Source of the DNA: a virus
Taxonomy: Duplodnaviria > Caudoviricetes
Length of the DNA: 64,000 nucleotides
Reading direction: 5' to 3' (one strand)
IMG/VR virus record: IMGVR_UViG_3300022309_000005
Location: 8,806 to 72,805 of that record
Part shown: in pieces, positions 34,007 to 43,398 of the stretch
Layout: each line of letters begins with the position of its first letter
Position numbering within the stretch: position 1 is the stretch's first letter
The notes under the pieces: generated by a model
The model's database searches: none
What the model saw: only the letters and a program-made list of their open reading frames with translations
What the model was told of the DNA's origin: nothing
Program-made: the position numbers and the translations under genes

Positions 34007-34227
34007 GACTTCGACCCCCGCGCCTTGGGCGCCTTCTCGCTCGACTTCTCGGCGGAGAGCGCGGCCGTGCAGAGCAGCCGCACCGCTTCCGAGTCGCATA
34101 CCGGACGGCCGAACTCTCGCTGAAGGCTGAGCGCGAACGCCTGCACTCCCTCCCAGAGTTCTTCGTTGAAAAAGATGGTGCGCCGCTTCATCGGCTTGGA
34201 CTTCGGATCCTGGACGGGAAGATTCAA
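34003..34227 (-). CDS. Ribbon-helix-helix (Arc/Mnt-like) regulator, first gene of leftward operon
   Basis: KRRTIFF strand, EELWEGVQAFA and SEAVRLLCTAAL helices; GGAGG then TTG. Confidence 0.72.
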   Translation of the reverse strand: MNLPVQDPKSKPMKRRTIFFNEELWEGVQAFALSLQREFGRPVCDSEAVRLLCTAALSAEKSSEKAPKARGSKS

Positions 34228-34266
34228 GTTGCCTCCGTGCGCGCGTGGCGCTTGCGTGTATGCGGT

Positions 34267-34317
34267 CATATACCACGGCACCCGGCGCTTGACAAGTAGG
34301 ACGTGACGTGCCACATT
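34267..34317. promoter_or_regulatory. Divergent promoter pair with overlapping -35 boxes
   Basis: Plus: TTGACA(34289)-N17-CACATT; minus: TTGTCA-N17-TATATG. Confidence 0.78.
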
Positions 34318-34360
34318 GCGGCCACGCTCGGGCGACCGGGGCAACGAAGCGGAGGAGCGC

Positions 34361-34606
34361 ATGTCGAAGAAGATCTCGAAGCGGAAGGCGGCGCAGGCCA
34401 AGAAGGCGGCGGCGAAGAGGGCGCGGTACGAGGCCCGCAAGGACAAGGACACCAGCAACAGCAAGTGCGCGGAGCGGCGCCGGGCGCGCAACCGGGGCGT
34501 TCCGATGTCGTCGCGCTCGCACGAGTCCGCGCCGTGGTGGGACCGCGGCATCCGCGGATCCTTCGGCGCGTTCATCGAGAAGTCGGCCGTCGCGGCGAGG
34601 GCGTGA
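34361..34606 (+). CDS. Highly basic 81-aa protein, first gene of rightward operon
   Basis: GGAGGAG SD; KKISKRKAAQAKKAAAKRAR...ERRRARNR. Confidence 0.72.
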   Translation: MSKKISKRKAAQAKKAAAKRARYEARKDKDTSNSKCAERRRARNRGVPMSSRSHESAPWWDRGIRGSFGAFIEKSAVAARA

Positions 34607-35265
34607 TGGCGGAACGCCCGAAGCCGGTTGACTGCCGGGAGTGCGTCCATGTCCGTAACGTCGTGGACGGGGTGTCCACTGAGTGCGCCACGGCCGGGGC
34701 CGGTTATCCGCCGCTCAGGTGGGCCGAGTCTACGTCCGGCAAGTGCGTCTCCTTCGAGCCCAAGCCCGCCCCCGCATCCCCGCCAGCGAGCGCGGACCGG
34801 GAGGGGGCGCCCGCTATCGCCCCTACGGCCGAGAACATCCGAAAGCTCGTGATCAACGTCGAGACGTTGAATCGCGGTTACATCGAGATGCGCCAATGCG
34901 CCAAGGACCTATGCGGATCGCTTCAGTGTCTATTCGAGGCGACCATGGCCCTTGCGCCCTACCCTCCTGAGATCGCGGAAGGTGTGCTCGCCGTTGTCGG
35001 CGTCGCCCGATCCACGCTTGAAGAGGCGAGGCGACAGGATCCAGCGCTCTTCAAGGAGGCCCGGAGGGCGCGGCCGGCCGGCGACCCGAGGGACGCGCTC
35101 CTGCGGCGGTGCGCGACGGACTTCGCGCGGGTGCGCGATTGCGAGCCCGACCTGGACGCCCACTTGGACATGCGCAGGATCGCCAGCGGCGCGCTCGAGG
35201 CCCTCCGCGTCGCCGGAGTGGAGCCGGCCCCCGAGGCGGCGCAGGAAGGGAAGGCGAGCCGATGA
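34606..35265 (+). CDS. Hypothetical protein with N-terminal Cys cluster
   Basis: TGATG coupling; CRECVH. Confidence 0.65.
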   Translation: MAERPKPVDCRECVHVRNVVDGVSTECATAGAGYPPLRWAESTSGKCVSFEPKPAPASPPASADREGAPAIAPTAENIRKLVINVETLNRGYIEMRQCAKDLCGSLQCLFEATMALAPYPPEIAEGVLAVVGVARSTLEEARRQDPALFKEARRARPAGDPRDALLRRCATDFARVRDCEPDLDAHLDMRRIASGALEALRVAGVEPAPEAAQEGKASR

Positions 35266-35576
35266 CGCCCCCGCCGGACTGGCTGGAGGCGGCGCGGCCC
35301 ATCCTGGAGTCGATCGGATGGAGGGGCTACGGAGAGCTGTCGGATCACTTCTACTGCGAATTCTGCGGGGCCTCCTCGCTCGCGTCCGATGAAGTCCCGC
35401 ACGCCGAGGACTGCGCGGTCCTGGCCTTCCGCCGCGCCATCGCCCACGAGGAGGGGCTTCGGGCCAACGCGCGGATCCGGACGGATCCGCTCCTGCCAGT
35501 GGCGCGGACGCACGACGTGCATGGGGTGAGGCGGACGGGGTGCGTGGCGGAGCAGGAAGACGAATTGGAGGAGTGA
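35262..35576 (+). CDS. Zinc-binding hypothetical protein
   Basis: CEFCG...HAEDC; homolog at 1-93. Confidence 0.7.
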   Translation: MTPPPDWLEAARPILESIGWRGYGELSDHFYCEFCGASSLASDEVPHAEDCAVLAFRRAIAHEEGLRANARIRTDPLLPVARTHDVHGVRRTGCVAEQEDELEE

Positions 35577-35578
35577 CG

Positions 35579-36184
35579 ATGGCGACGATGAAGGTTGAGA
35601 AGGGCGAGTTGCGGATCGACGTGGAGGAGCTGATCAACTCGCTTCCGCCCGAGGAGAAGGCGAAGATCGCGAAGCTGATCGGCGCCGACATCCACGCATG
35701 GGCGCAGATGGCCGAGGCCATCGCGGATCCGGCCGGCTTCTTCAACGCAGACGAGTGCTGGTGGCACGGAAGCGACGCCATGCTCGAGGTGCGCGCGAAG
35801 CTGCTGCCGCTCGCGCCAGAAAACGCGCGCCGCGTCGCCGAGAAGTTGCAGCAGCAGCTCGACCAGGAGAAGGCGGACACGCGCCGCCATTCTAATTGGG
35901 CCTGGGCGATGTACCACGCGCGCTCGGGCTTCGACGGCGCTCGCTGGCCGGAACTCCCGGACTGGGCGCCGGCCGCCCGCGACGAGATGCGGGTGCGGGA
36001 CGCGGCGCCGGGCATGAAGGCGGCGCTCGCGAAGCTGGAGGCGCGCATCCTTGAGGCCAGCAAGAGCACGCCCTGGAGCGGGGACGTGTCCACTACGCTG
36101 GATCGCGTGGAGTCGCTCGCCGTCGAGACGAGCATCTTGCGCGAGTGCGTGGCCGCCCTTCGTGCCGCCAACGGGGAGGGCTGA
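35579..36184 (+). CDS. Hypothetical protein
   Basis: SD; protein-like composition. Confidence 0.7.
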   Translation: MATMKVEKGELRIDVEELINSLPPEEKAKIAKLIGADIHAWAQMAEAIADPAGFFNADECWWHGSDAMLEVRAKLLPLAPENARRVAEKLQQQLDQEKADTRRHSNWAWAMYHARSGFDGARWPELPDWAPAARDEMRVRDAAPGMKAALAKLEARILEASKSTPWSGDVSTTLDRVESLAVETSILRECVAALRAANGEG

Positions 36185-36185
36185 C

Positions 36186-36482
36186 GTGGACGCCGACATC
36201 CGAGATCTGCTGTCCGCCGTGAAGCCGCTCCAGGACCGCGCCTTTGCGGCCTGGTCCGTCGAGAGGGCGCAGGGTCCGCGCCGGGTCGCCCTGGCCAAGC
36301 TGCACGACCTGTTGAGCCGCGCGTACCGCGAGACGCTCCAAGACCTGGGCGCCGAGTGCGGACGGTGCCAGCAGTGGGCCTCGCGGGGAGCCGCGCCGGG
36401 CAGGATCGGGACGTGCGCGCGGACGCAGCAGGCACGCCACGACTACACGCTGGGATGTCTGGAGTTCGAGGAGGCGAAGTAA
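36186..36482 (+). CDS. Hypothetical protein with Cys cluster
   Basis: GTG start after GGAGGG; CGRCQQW...CLEF. Confidence 0.6.
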   Translation: MDADIRDLLSAVKPLQDRAFAAWSVERAQGPRRVALAKLHDLLSRAYRETLQDLGAECGRCQQWASRGAAPGRIGTCARTQQARHDYTLGCLEFEEAK

Positions 36483-36769
36483 TGGAACGGACGCTTGACG
36501 AAGCGGTTGCGGCATTCGATGACGACGCGCTCCTGAAGATGATGGTCGCACAGGTCGCCCGGACGTTCCCCAAGTTTGACGGGGCGCCGGAGCCCGTGAA
36601 GCGGGCGCGGGACAGGTTCGTTGCGCTCGCGTCTGCCGCTCCGGTGATGCGCGAGGCGCTGGTCTACATCCTGAGCGAGCACGCGGCTCAGTTCGGCAAG
36701 TGCGGTTGCGGCATCTGCACCAGGGCCTCCGAGGTCCTCCGCGCGGCCGATGGGCAGGGCGAGCGATGA
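36482..36769 (+). CDS. Hypothetical protein
   Basis: TAATG coupling; shares end junction with 578-910. Confidence 0.65.
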   Translation: MERTLDEAVAAFDDDALLKMMVAQVARTFPKFDGAPEPVKRARDRFVALASAAPVMREALVYILSEHAAQFGKCGCGICTRASEVLRAADGQGER

Positions 36770-37227
36770 AGGAGCCGATCCAGGGGCTGTGGGAGGTCTA
36801 CCTGACGGAGTACCCGGACGAGGGCTCCGCGCTCATCGAGGCGCCTGACGCCACGGAGGCGATCCGCATCGCGCGGCACACGGACCCCGAAGCGTGCGGC
36901 GGGCCATGGGAGGGCGAGCCGGCCGACGCCCTGACCGCCGAGGCGATGACGCCGGCGGCGATGGCGACGCGGATCGCCAACGGAGAGGCGGACGCATCCG
37001 GCACCATCGAGGGGCAGTGGCTCGCCACCGTCGCGTGCGGGCAGGCGATGGAGATCGAGCGGCTGCGCGGGATGCTCCGGCGCGCGGCGAGGCTAGCCAA
37101 GCACACGAACGCGGCGCTGGGCGCGCACGGCCCCTGCCGCAACAACAGTTGCAGTGAATGCGGCCTGACGTTCGACGAGGCCGGCGCGCTGCTTCGCGAT
37201 CTTCGAATGGAGGGCCTGGACCGATGA
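36766..37227 (+). CDS. Homolog of 907-1392 with different C-terminus
   Basis: See 907-1392. Confidence 0.78.
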   Translation: MKEPIQGLWEVYLTEYPDEGSALIEAPDATEAIRIARHTDPEACGGPWEGEPADALTAEAMTPAAMATRIANGEADASGTIEGQWLATVACGQAMEIERLRGMLRRAARLAKHTNAALGAHGPCRNNSCSECGLTFDEAGALLRDLRMEGLDR

Positions 37228-37958
37228 CGACGCCGAAGCCGGAGAGGATGACGGACGCGGCGGTGGACGAGGATGTAATGTTCCTTGGCCGACTGCTTCC
37301 AGAGGTGGCATGCCAGGCGCTGGCGCGGATTTCGTGCGAGCTGCGCTGTGCCCGAGACGGCGAGGCGAAGGCCATTCGCGGCATGGCGGAAGCGCTGGCC
37401 GAGCGCAACTCCGCCCGCTCCGGGGAGGAGCAGGCCGGGCGGGAGCGCGACGGCTACCGGGAGGCGGCGCGACGGCTGCGCGTGCTGGCCCGCAACGAGA
37501 TGGCGATGGGGGCCATTCTGGAAGAGCGGGCCGGGAAGGCGGAGGCTGAGCGGGACGAGTCGCGGACGGCGCTCGACGAGATGCGCGCGAAGTCGTGCCA
37601 GCTTTACGAGCGGCTGGAGAAGCAGAGCGCGGAGTTGACGCGCGTTCAGGGCGCCGAGGCGTGGGAGAGAGACCGGGCCGAGACGGCGGAGCGGGAGCGG
37701 CACGAAGCGCGCAGGGAGCGCGACGCGGCGCAGGTCGTGGCAAAGGAAGCCGGGCGCCAGCTCGGCGAGGTGGGCGCGGCGAAACTCGAGGCGGAGTGCG
37801 AGCGGGACCTGGCGCGCGCCGAGGTGGAGCGGCTCAAGGCGATGCTCGACGAGGTGCGGTGCCAGCGGGACGGGGCGCTGGAGCACGTCGCGAAGTTGGA
37901 GGCGCAGATCGACCGGATGCGCTGCCGCATCCGGGAGCTGGAGGAACATCATGGGTGA
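37224..37958 (+). CDS. Coiled-coil protein, mosaic homolog of 1389-2168
   Basis: Shared internal and terminal blocks. Confidence 0.78.
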   Translation: MTTPKPERMTDAAVDEDVMFLGRLLPEVACQALARISCELRCARDGEAKAIRGMAEALAERNSARSGEEQAGRERDGYREAARRLRVLARNEMAMGAILEERAGKAEAERDESRTALDEMRAKSCQLYERLEKQSAELTRVQGAEAWERDRAETAERERHEARRERDAAQVVAKEAGRQLGEVGAAKLEAECERDLARAEVERLKAMLDEVRCQRDGALEHVAKLEAQIDRMRCRIRELEEHHG

Positions 37959-38301
37959 GCAGGCGAGAAGGATGCCGCGGGAAGAGTTCCTGCGCAGGAT
38001 GCTGGTGCTCGTCGAGCAGTTGTCGGACGTGCATGCAACCGGCCGCAGCGTCGAGGGGATCGGCAAGCCGCTGAGGGACGAAGCCGAGGCCCTGGTCGGG
38101 TACAAGGCGCATCACCTCATCGAGATGCTGGAGGTCCCGCCCCGTATCTGCGCCAGGTGCGGAAGCCTGCACCACGGCTGGCAGGCGGTGTGCGGACGCT
38201 GCCAGGAGGAGGGGGCCGAGGCCAAGAAGAGGGCCGAGTTGCGAGCCGAGATCGAAGCCGAGGTCCGCGCCGAACTGGCGCAGAAGGGCGGCGCGCAGTG
38301 A
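37951..38301 (+). CDS. CxxC zinc-finger protein, homolog of 2161-2514
   Basis: CARCG...CGRC. Confidence 0.75.
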   Translation: MGEQARRMPREEFLRRMLVLVEQLSDVHATGRSVEGIGKPLRDEAEALVGYKAHHLIEMLEVPPRICARCGSLHHGWQAVCGRCQEEGAEAKKRAELRAEIEAEVRAELAQKGGAQ

Positions 38302-39194
38302 GCGAGCGAGGACAGAAGAAGGGCGCCGGGCTGGTCTTCGGCCTCTCGCGCGAGGGCTACGACGGCGATCCGGCGGACCACTGGAGCACGATCAAGACGA
38401 TGGACCGGAGCCCGGCCCACTACCTCGCCGCGGAGGCTCAGGGGACGCCGGACACGGACGCCCGGAAGGTCGGGCGGGCCGTCCACCTTGCGGTCCTGGA
38501 GCCGGAGCGGTACGGGGGCGAGGTCGCGGTCTGGTCCGGGAAGGTGCGCAACGGCCGCGCCTGGGAGGAGTTCCAGGCCGCCAACGCCGGCAAGGAGATC
38601 TTGACCCAGCGCGAGGCCGCCCACGTCTCGGCGATCCAGCGAGCGGTCCGGGGCTCCCTGATGGCGCGACCCTACATCGCCGGCGGGCGAGCCGAGGTGT
38701 CCATGTTCTGGGGCTACCACGAGCTCGACCCGGCGACGTGGCTCCCCGGGTGGGCGCCCATCCGCCTCAAGGGCCGGGTCGACTACGTGACCGACGAGGT
38801 GCTCGTGGACCTGAAGACGACCCGGGACGCGAGCCCGGCCGGCTTCGGGCGCGAGGCCCTGCGCTACGGCTACCACGTCCAGGCGGCCCTCTACGCGGAC
38901 GGCTACGAGGCCGCGACCGGGACGCGCCTCCCGTTCGTGCTCGTGGCGGTGGAGAGCGCCCCTCCGCACGTGGTCCAGGTGTACGGGGTGCCGGACCACT
39001 ACCTCGAGGCCGGCCGGGACGCCTACCGGGCGATGATCCGGCGGCTGGCGATGTGCCGGGCGGCGAACCAGTGGCCGGGGTACTGCGAGGTGCCCATGGA
39101 GCTGGAGCTGCCGAAGTGGAGCGGCCTGGACGATGACGAGGAGGACATCTCTGATCTTGATCTCGGCTTCCAGGAGGAGGGCGGCGATGCCTAG
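38298..39194 (+). CDS. RecE/exonuclease VIII-like PD-(D/E)XK exonuclease
   Basis: GRAVHLAVLEP, KGRVDYV...VDLKTT, YGYHVQAALYADG. Confidence 0.88.
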   Translation: MSERGQKKGAGLVFGLSREGYDGDPADHWSTIKTMDRSPAHYLAAEAQGTPDTDARKVGRAVHLAVLEPERYGGEVAVWSGKVRNGRAWEEFQAANAGKEILTQREAAHVSAIQRAVRGSLMARPYIAGGRAEVSMFWGYHELDPATWLPGWAPIRLKGRVDYVTDEVLVDLKTTRDASPAGFGREALRYGYHVQAALYADGYEAATGTRLPFVLVAVESAPPHVVQVYGVPDHYLEAGRDAYRAMIRRLAMCRAANQWPGYCEVPMELELPKWSGLDDDEEDISDLDLGFQEEGGDA

Positions 39195-39777
39195 GGGAAT
39201 GGACTTCGACGAGCTGTTCGCCAACGACAAGTTCCTGAAGGCCGGCGAGTTCCAGGGCAAGGATGTGACGCTTACGATCTCGGGCGTGCGCCGGGAGACG
39301 TTCGAGACCGAGGACGAGAACGGCAAGAAGGGCAAGATCGAGAAGAAGGCGATCCTCTCGTTCGCCCCGACCGCCGCCGGCAGGCCACCGCCGAAAGATA
39401 TCGTCTGCAACAAGACGAACGGCTTCTGTCTCAAGGCGATGTTTGGGCGCGACACCGGGGCCTGGATCGGCAAGCGCGTTACCCTCTACCCCACGCTGGT
39501 CAAGGCGTTCGGCGCGCAGGAACTAGCGATCCGGGTGCGAGGCTCGCCCGACATCGCGCAGACCTTCACCTTCAAGCTGAAGTTGCCCCGCAAGAAGGAC
39601 ATCCCAACGACCATGACGAAGACGGAACCGAAGGCGAAACAGAACGCCGCCCCAGCGCCCGCACCGGCCCCCATCCCAGCCCCCCAGCCCGACACCCGCT
39701 CCCCCGCCGACTTCGCGCCCGAGTCCGAGCCTCCCCCTCCCGGGGACGAGCGCGCGCCGGGAGGAGGTGCGCAGTGA
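39187..39777 (+). CDS. Exonuclease partner, probable ssDNA-binding/annealing protein
   Basis: FLKAGEF...NKTN...WIGKRVTLY...AIRVR; Pro-rich tail; follows RecE-like gene. Confidence 0.6.
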   Translation: MPRGMDFDELFANDKFLKAGEFQGKDVTLTISGVRRETFETEDENGKKGKIEKKAILSFAPTAAGRPPPKDIVCNKTNGFCLKAMFGRDTGAWIGKRVTLYPTLVKAFGAQELAIRVRGSPDIAQTFTFKLKLPRKKDIPTTMTKTEPKAKQNAAPAPAPAPIPAPQPDTRSPADFAPESEPPPPGDERAPGGGAQ

Positions 39778-40028
39778 ACCGCTACTTCGAGATCGAGACG
39801 GACGGCGGGATCCTGCGCATCCCACATCATGACGCGCCCGAGGTGCTGGCGAGGCACGCCACCGCCTTGATGCCGGCCTACTTCGTGACGTTCCTGGAGG
39901 AACTCGTCGAGCGCATGGACGACGGCCAACGGGGCGCGGTCGCGGAGCAGTTCGGGCGGCTCACGGAGCACAGGCAGGCCGAGATCCGGGCGATGTTCGA
40001 GGACCTGGCGCCGGGAGGTGGGCAGTGA
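39774..40028 (+). CDS. Hypothetical protein
   Basis: GTGA coupling. Confidence 0.65.
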   Translation: MNRYFEIETDGGILRIPHHDAPEVLARHATALMPAYFVTFLEELVERMDDGQRGAVAEQFGRLTEHRQAEIRAMFEDLAPGGGQ

Positions 40029-40294
40029 GCGCTCGCGAGTGGAAGCCCGACGAGAACGGCACGCTGCACGCCTGCACCTTCAACGCCAGGGGTCCAAACT
40101 GGATGGTCGCTGCGTGGATCGACGTCCGCGGCGAGTGGACCGCCAACGGACAGGAGGCCCCCGCGCGCTCGGGCGGCAGGACGTGGCGAGAGACCGGGAT
40201 TCCGGACGAGGCCGAGGCGAAGACCCTTGCCGAGCGCTGGCTCGACGAGCGCGAGGCCGAGACGAAGACCACGACGGACGGAGGTGCAGCTTGA
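40025..40294 (+). CDS. Hypothetical protein
   Basis: GTGA coupling. Confidence 0.65.
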   Translation: MSAREWKPDENGTLHACTFNARGPNWMVAAWIDVRGEWTANGQEAPARSGGRTWRETGIPDEAEAKTLAERWLDEREAETKTTTDGGAA

Positions 40295-40557
40295 GCGGGT
40301 TGAGAGACAAGCCGGCGTATCCCGGCGAGCAAGAGATCCAGATCCAGGACGCTCCGAACATCCGGTATCCCGTGCCCGGGATGACGTACCGGGAGGCGGC
40401 GGCGCTCCACATCATGGCGGGATTCGCCACTGACCCGGGATGGAACGAGGCCCCCGCGACGAATCCAGCCATCCCGGCGGCCCTGGCCGTCGAGTGGGCG
40501 GACGCGCTGATCGCCGCGCTCGAAGCCCAGGACGCGACCACGCCGAAAGAGCAGTGA
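40291..40557 (+). CDS. Homolog of 4497-4769 (TTG start)
   Basis: GMTYREAAALHIMAG. Confidence 0.78.
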   Translation: MSGLRDKPAYPGEQEIQIQDAPNIRYPVPGMTYREAAALHIMAGFATDPGWNEAPATNPAIPAALAVEWADALIAALEAQDATTPKEQ

Positions 40558-40583
40558 ACGCAGCACAGCCAAGGAACAGTACC

Positions 40584-40850
40584 ATGCCGAAGTTCAGGAA
40601 GAAGCCGGTCGTCATCGAGGCGGTCCAGTACAACGACGGGGAGCAGCCCGAAGAGTTGGCCGCGGACGCAGCAGCCGGCCGGGTGGACTACGGCGACGAC
40701 GGGCTGATGAGAATCGAGACGCTCGAAGGACGGATGATCGCGCAGCCCGGTGACTGGATCATCCGGGGCGTCAAGGGCGAGCTGTACCCGTGCAAGCCCG
40801 ACATCTTCGCCGCGACGTACGAGCCGGCAGAGGAGGTCCCCACGCCTTGA
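40584..40850 (+). CDS. PGDYG/PGDW-type small phage protein
   Basis: FRKKPVVIEAVQ...TLEG...PGDWIIRGVKGELYPCKPDIFAATYE. Confidence 0.85.
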   Translation: MPKFRKKPVVIEAVQYNDGEQPEELAADAAAGRVDYGDDGLMRIETLEGRMIAQPGDWIIRGVKGELYPCKPDIFAATYEPAEEVPTP

Positions 40851-41031
40851 CCTTGGGCCGCATGCCGCGGCTCCGCGCCCCTGGGCAGTATCCCCTGGCT
40901 GCCCGGTGGCGTGTCTTTCGCGCGGCCCGAGCGTCCCCCAGCGCTCGAGCCGAAGTCGTGCCCGCCAGGCCGGACCTGTCCCTTCTCCGCTCCTCGGGGC
41001 AGGCCGGCCGGCGGGGCGCCATCGGTGGAGG

Positions 41032-41647
41032 TTGATGGGCGAGTGGTGGGCGTGGTAGGGTGCTGGCGTTTCCTCGCTGAGCGGCGCGCAGTAGGCGCGC
41101 GGGACGAGTTAATCCTCCCGCCGTCGCGCCGCTTGGGCTGACTGGCTGCGGCGAACAGCCAGACACGTCGGCCCCGGTCATCCCTCGCGGGACAGCCGGG
41201 GCCGAGTAGTCTGTGGGACATGGCGTCCCGGCCGGCCCCGTGGTAGGGTTCTGGCGCGATGTCGGGGTGAGCAGGCCCCGCGTGCCGAGGCCGCCTCCTA
41301 CCCCCTCCGGAGGCGGCCTCACCTTTTGCGGTCCGGCCGGCGCGTGGTAGGGTGGCGTTTTCCGGGGAGGCTCCCGCCTACGGCGGGGCGTCGGTTGGGC
41401 TCGCGAGGGCGCCGATGCGACCGTCACGGCGCGGACCAGCAGCATCCGCCCGCGTCGTGCAGTGCCACGTGGGCGGGAGCGCTCCCCATCTTGCGGTCCA
41501 GCCGGTCCCATCGAGCACCTCTGCCCGGGCTGTACGACCCCGGGGAGGATCCCCGGGCCAGCGTCCAGGGGTAGCGGATCAGCCGGTGGCGAGGACGGCG
41601 GCCCGGGGTCGAGAGGCTCCGGGCCGTGGTGTCTGCCCCGGCGCGTC
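41032..41647 (+). ncRNA. Candidate structured ncRNA locus of phage B with three promoter-like modules
   Basis: CGTGGTAGGGT at about 41051, 41239, 41343; many hairpins; core shared with 4981-5330. Confidence 0.55.
41287..41327 (+). terminator. Intrinsic terminator-like hairpin (12-bp stem, C-rich loop, T-tract)
   Basis: GAGGCCGCCTCC-TACCCCCTCC-GGAGGCGGCCTC-ACCTTTT. Confidence 0.65.
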
Positions 41648-42220
41648 CTACCGCTCCCAGGACAGCGACAGCCCCACGGCGGGCGCCAGGGGCCGCGCGA
41701 CGGGCACCAGGGCGAACACCCCGAGGCTCAGGGGCCCCAGGACGCGCCGCTCAACGTGCGCCCCCGCGGCGAGCGCCTGGATGGGCTGCGCCAGCGACAG
41801 CGCCCCCAGGTCCGCCCCGACGAGTACCCCGGCCCGCCAGTCCGGGCGGACGGTGACGATGCGCTCGACGGTCCGGACGGCCTCCACCTGGGCCTTGGCC
41901 TCGCTCTCCACCTTTCGCTCGACGGTCACAGGCTCGCGCACCTCCTCCCGGACCGTCTCGACGAGCGGCCGGTCTGGGCAGGGAGAGCCCGGGGGCGCCG
42001 GGAGCTCGCGCGTCACCGTCCGGATGCGGACCGGCCCCTCGACGCGCTTCACCACCTCGCGGTCCTGGTACTCGATCCGCTCCTGGACATCCACGATGAC
42101 CCGCTCCTCGACGCGCACCGGGGCCGTCCACCGCCCGCCGACGAACGCCAGCGCGCCCACCGCCACCACCACGAGCGCGCACCGGCCGTGCGCCCGAGCG
42201 GACTCCAGGAGCCGGCCCAT
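41648..42220 (-). CDS. Spanin-position protein (B)
   Basis: Homolog of 5333-5908. Confidence 0.65.
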   Translation of the reverse strand: MGRLLESARAHGRCALVVVAVGALAFVGGRWTAPVRVEERVIVDVQERIEYQDREVVKRVEGPVRIRTVTRELPAPPGSPCPDRPLVETVREEVREPVTVERKVESEAKAQVEAVRTVERIVTVRPDWRAGVLVGADLGALSLAQPIQALAAGAHVERRVLGPLSLGVFALVPVARPLAPAVGLSLSWER

Positions 42221-42763
42221 CTACTCCCCCTGCTCCGGCGGGGCGATGGGCTCGAAGTCGCGCGGCTCCGGGGACGGCGCGCCGAAGCCCACCTCGACCC
42301 GCCCGGGATCGTCGCCCAGGAAGAGCGCCCGCTCCAGCGCTCGTCGACGAACGAGCCCGCGCAGCTCCCGAAGCTCTCCGGTCCGGCGGTCCCTGGCCTT
42401 GGTCCACTTCAGGAACTCATCGGCCGCCGCCTGCGCGTTGCCGGCGCGGACGTGTGCGAGCAGCCTGGACTTGCGGAGGTTCTCCAGCCCGATGTTGTAG
42501 GCCAGGCTCACGAGCGCCCCGAACTGCTTGGGCGAGACGTGGGCGCCCTGGAGCGCAGCCTCGACGCCGGCCCCGAAGTCCGCGAGCCGCTCGAGGAGAC
42601 GGTCGTACGCCTCGGCTTCGGTGATGCGCATGCCCTGGCGGACGTGCGGCCCGGTGTCCCCGTAGCCGATGGTCACCACGCCAGCCGGGCACAGGTACGC
42701 CTCGGCCTGGAAGGTCTCCTCTCTGCGGATCAGCGCGACGGCTTCCTGGCAAACGTCCATCAC
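42221..42763 (-). CDS. Endolysin, GH24 lysozyme (B)
   Basis: Homolog of 5905-6444. Confidence 0.93.
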   Translation of the reverse strand: MMDVCQEAVALIRREETFQAEAYLCPAGVVTIGYGDTGPHVRQGMRITEAEAYDRLLERLADFGAGVEAALQGAHVSPKQFGALVSLAYNIGLENLRKSRLLAHVRAGNAQAAADEFLKWTKARDRRTGELRELRGLVRRRALERALFLGDDPGRVEVGFGAPSPEPRDFEPIAPPEQGE

Positions 42764-43026
42764 TGCACCTCGGGTGTTGCGCGTTGGTCATTCAGCTTGT
42801 GCAACCCGTCGAGCCACACGGTGAGCGGGCGCGCTCCGGCGCAGACGACGCACGCCAGCCGCTCGGGCTCTTCGGGCTCGCACTTGCCGTGTCTGGAACA
42901 CAGGTAGGCGGTCACCGAGGCAAGCACCAACACGAAGCCGGCCTGTACCCTCGGCTTGCGCGCCACCCTGCCGGCCCACGAAACGAAGCCCGTCCTTTTC
43001 TTGCGCCGCTTCGTGGCCTCGACCAT
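42760..43026 (-). CDS. Small membrane protein (B)
   Basis: Homolog of 6441-6707. Confidence 0.55.
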   Translation of the reverse strand: MVEATKRRKKRTGFVSWAGRVARKPRVQAGFVLVLASVTAYLCSRHGKCEPEEPERLACVVCAGARPLTVWLDGLHKLNDQRATPEVQ

Positions 43027-43029
43027 GCC

Positions 43030-43206
43030 CTACCGCCGATCCATGAGGGCCGCCGGGGCAATCGAGGGGCTGCTCGCGTGCTTGTGCGCAGCGATTGCTC
43101 GGCTGCTCGTCTCGTAGAGCACCGCCGTTGCCAGTACGAACATGACCACGAACAGCGCGGCCAGCGCGACGCAACGAACACAGACGCCAAGGGCGGGTCG
43201 AATCAT
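43030..43206 (-). CDS. Holin candidate (B)
   Basis: Homolog of 6711-6887. Confidence 0.55.
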   Translation of the reverse strand: MIRPALGVCVRCVALAALFVVMFVLATAVLYETSSRAIAAHKHASSPSIAPAALMDRR

Positions 43207-43397
43207 CGCTTGCCGCTCGCGGTGCCCGTGGTCTGGATGTCTGGGCGCTTGGGGAAGATCGGCATACGCTTGTCTTTCTCCTCGCTCTGTTGTTCGGTGC
43301 AGTCCCTTGGGCCCTTGCACTGGACGGTCACGCACGCCAGGAGCGAGAGGGACAGCAGGAGGACGGACAGCGAAAGGGCCATGAGGACTTGTCGCAT
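43203..43397 (-). CDS. Small lipoprotein (B)
   Basis: LLAC lipobox. Confidence 0.7.
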   Translation of the reverse strand: MRQVLMALSLSVLLLSLSLLACVTVQCKGPRDCTEQQSEEKDKRMPIFPKRPDIQTTGTASGKR

Positions 43398-43398
43398 G

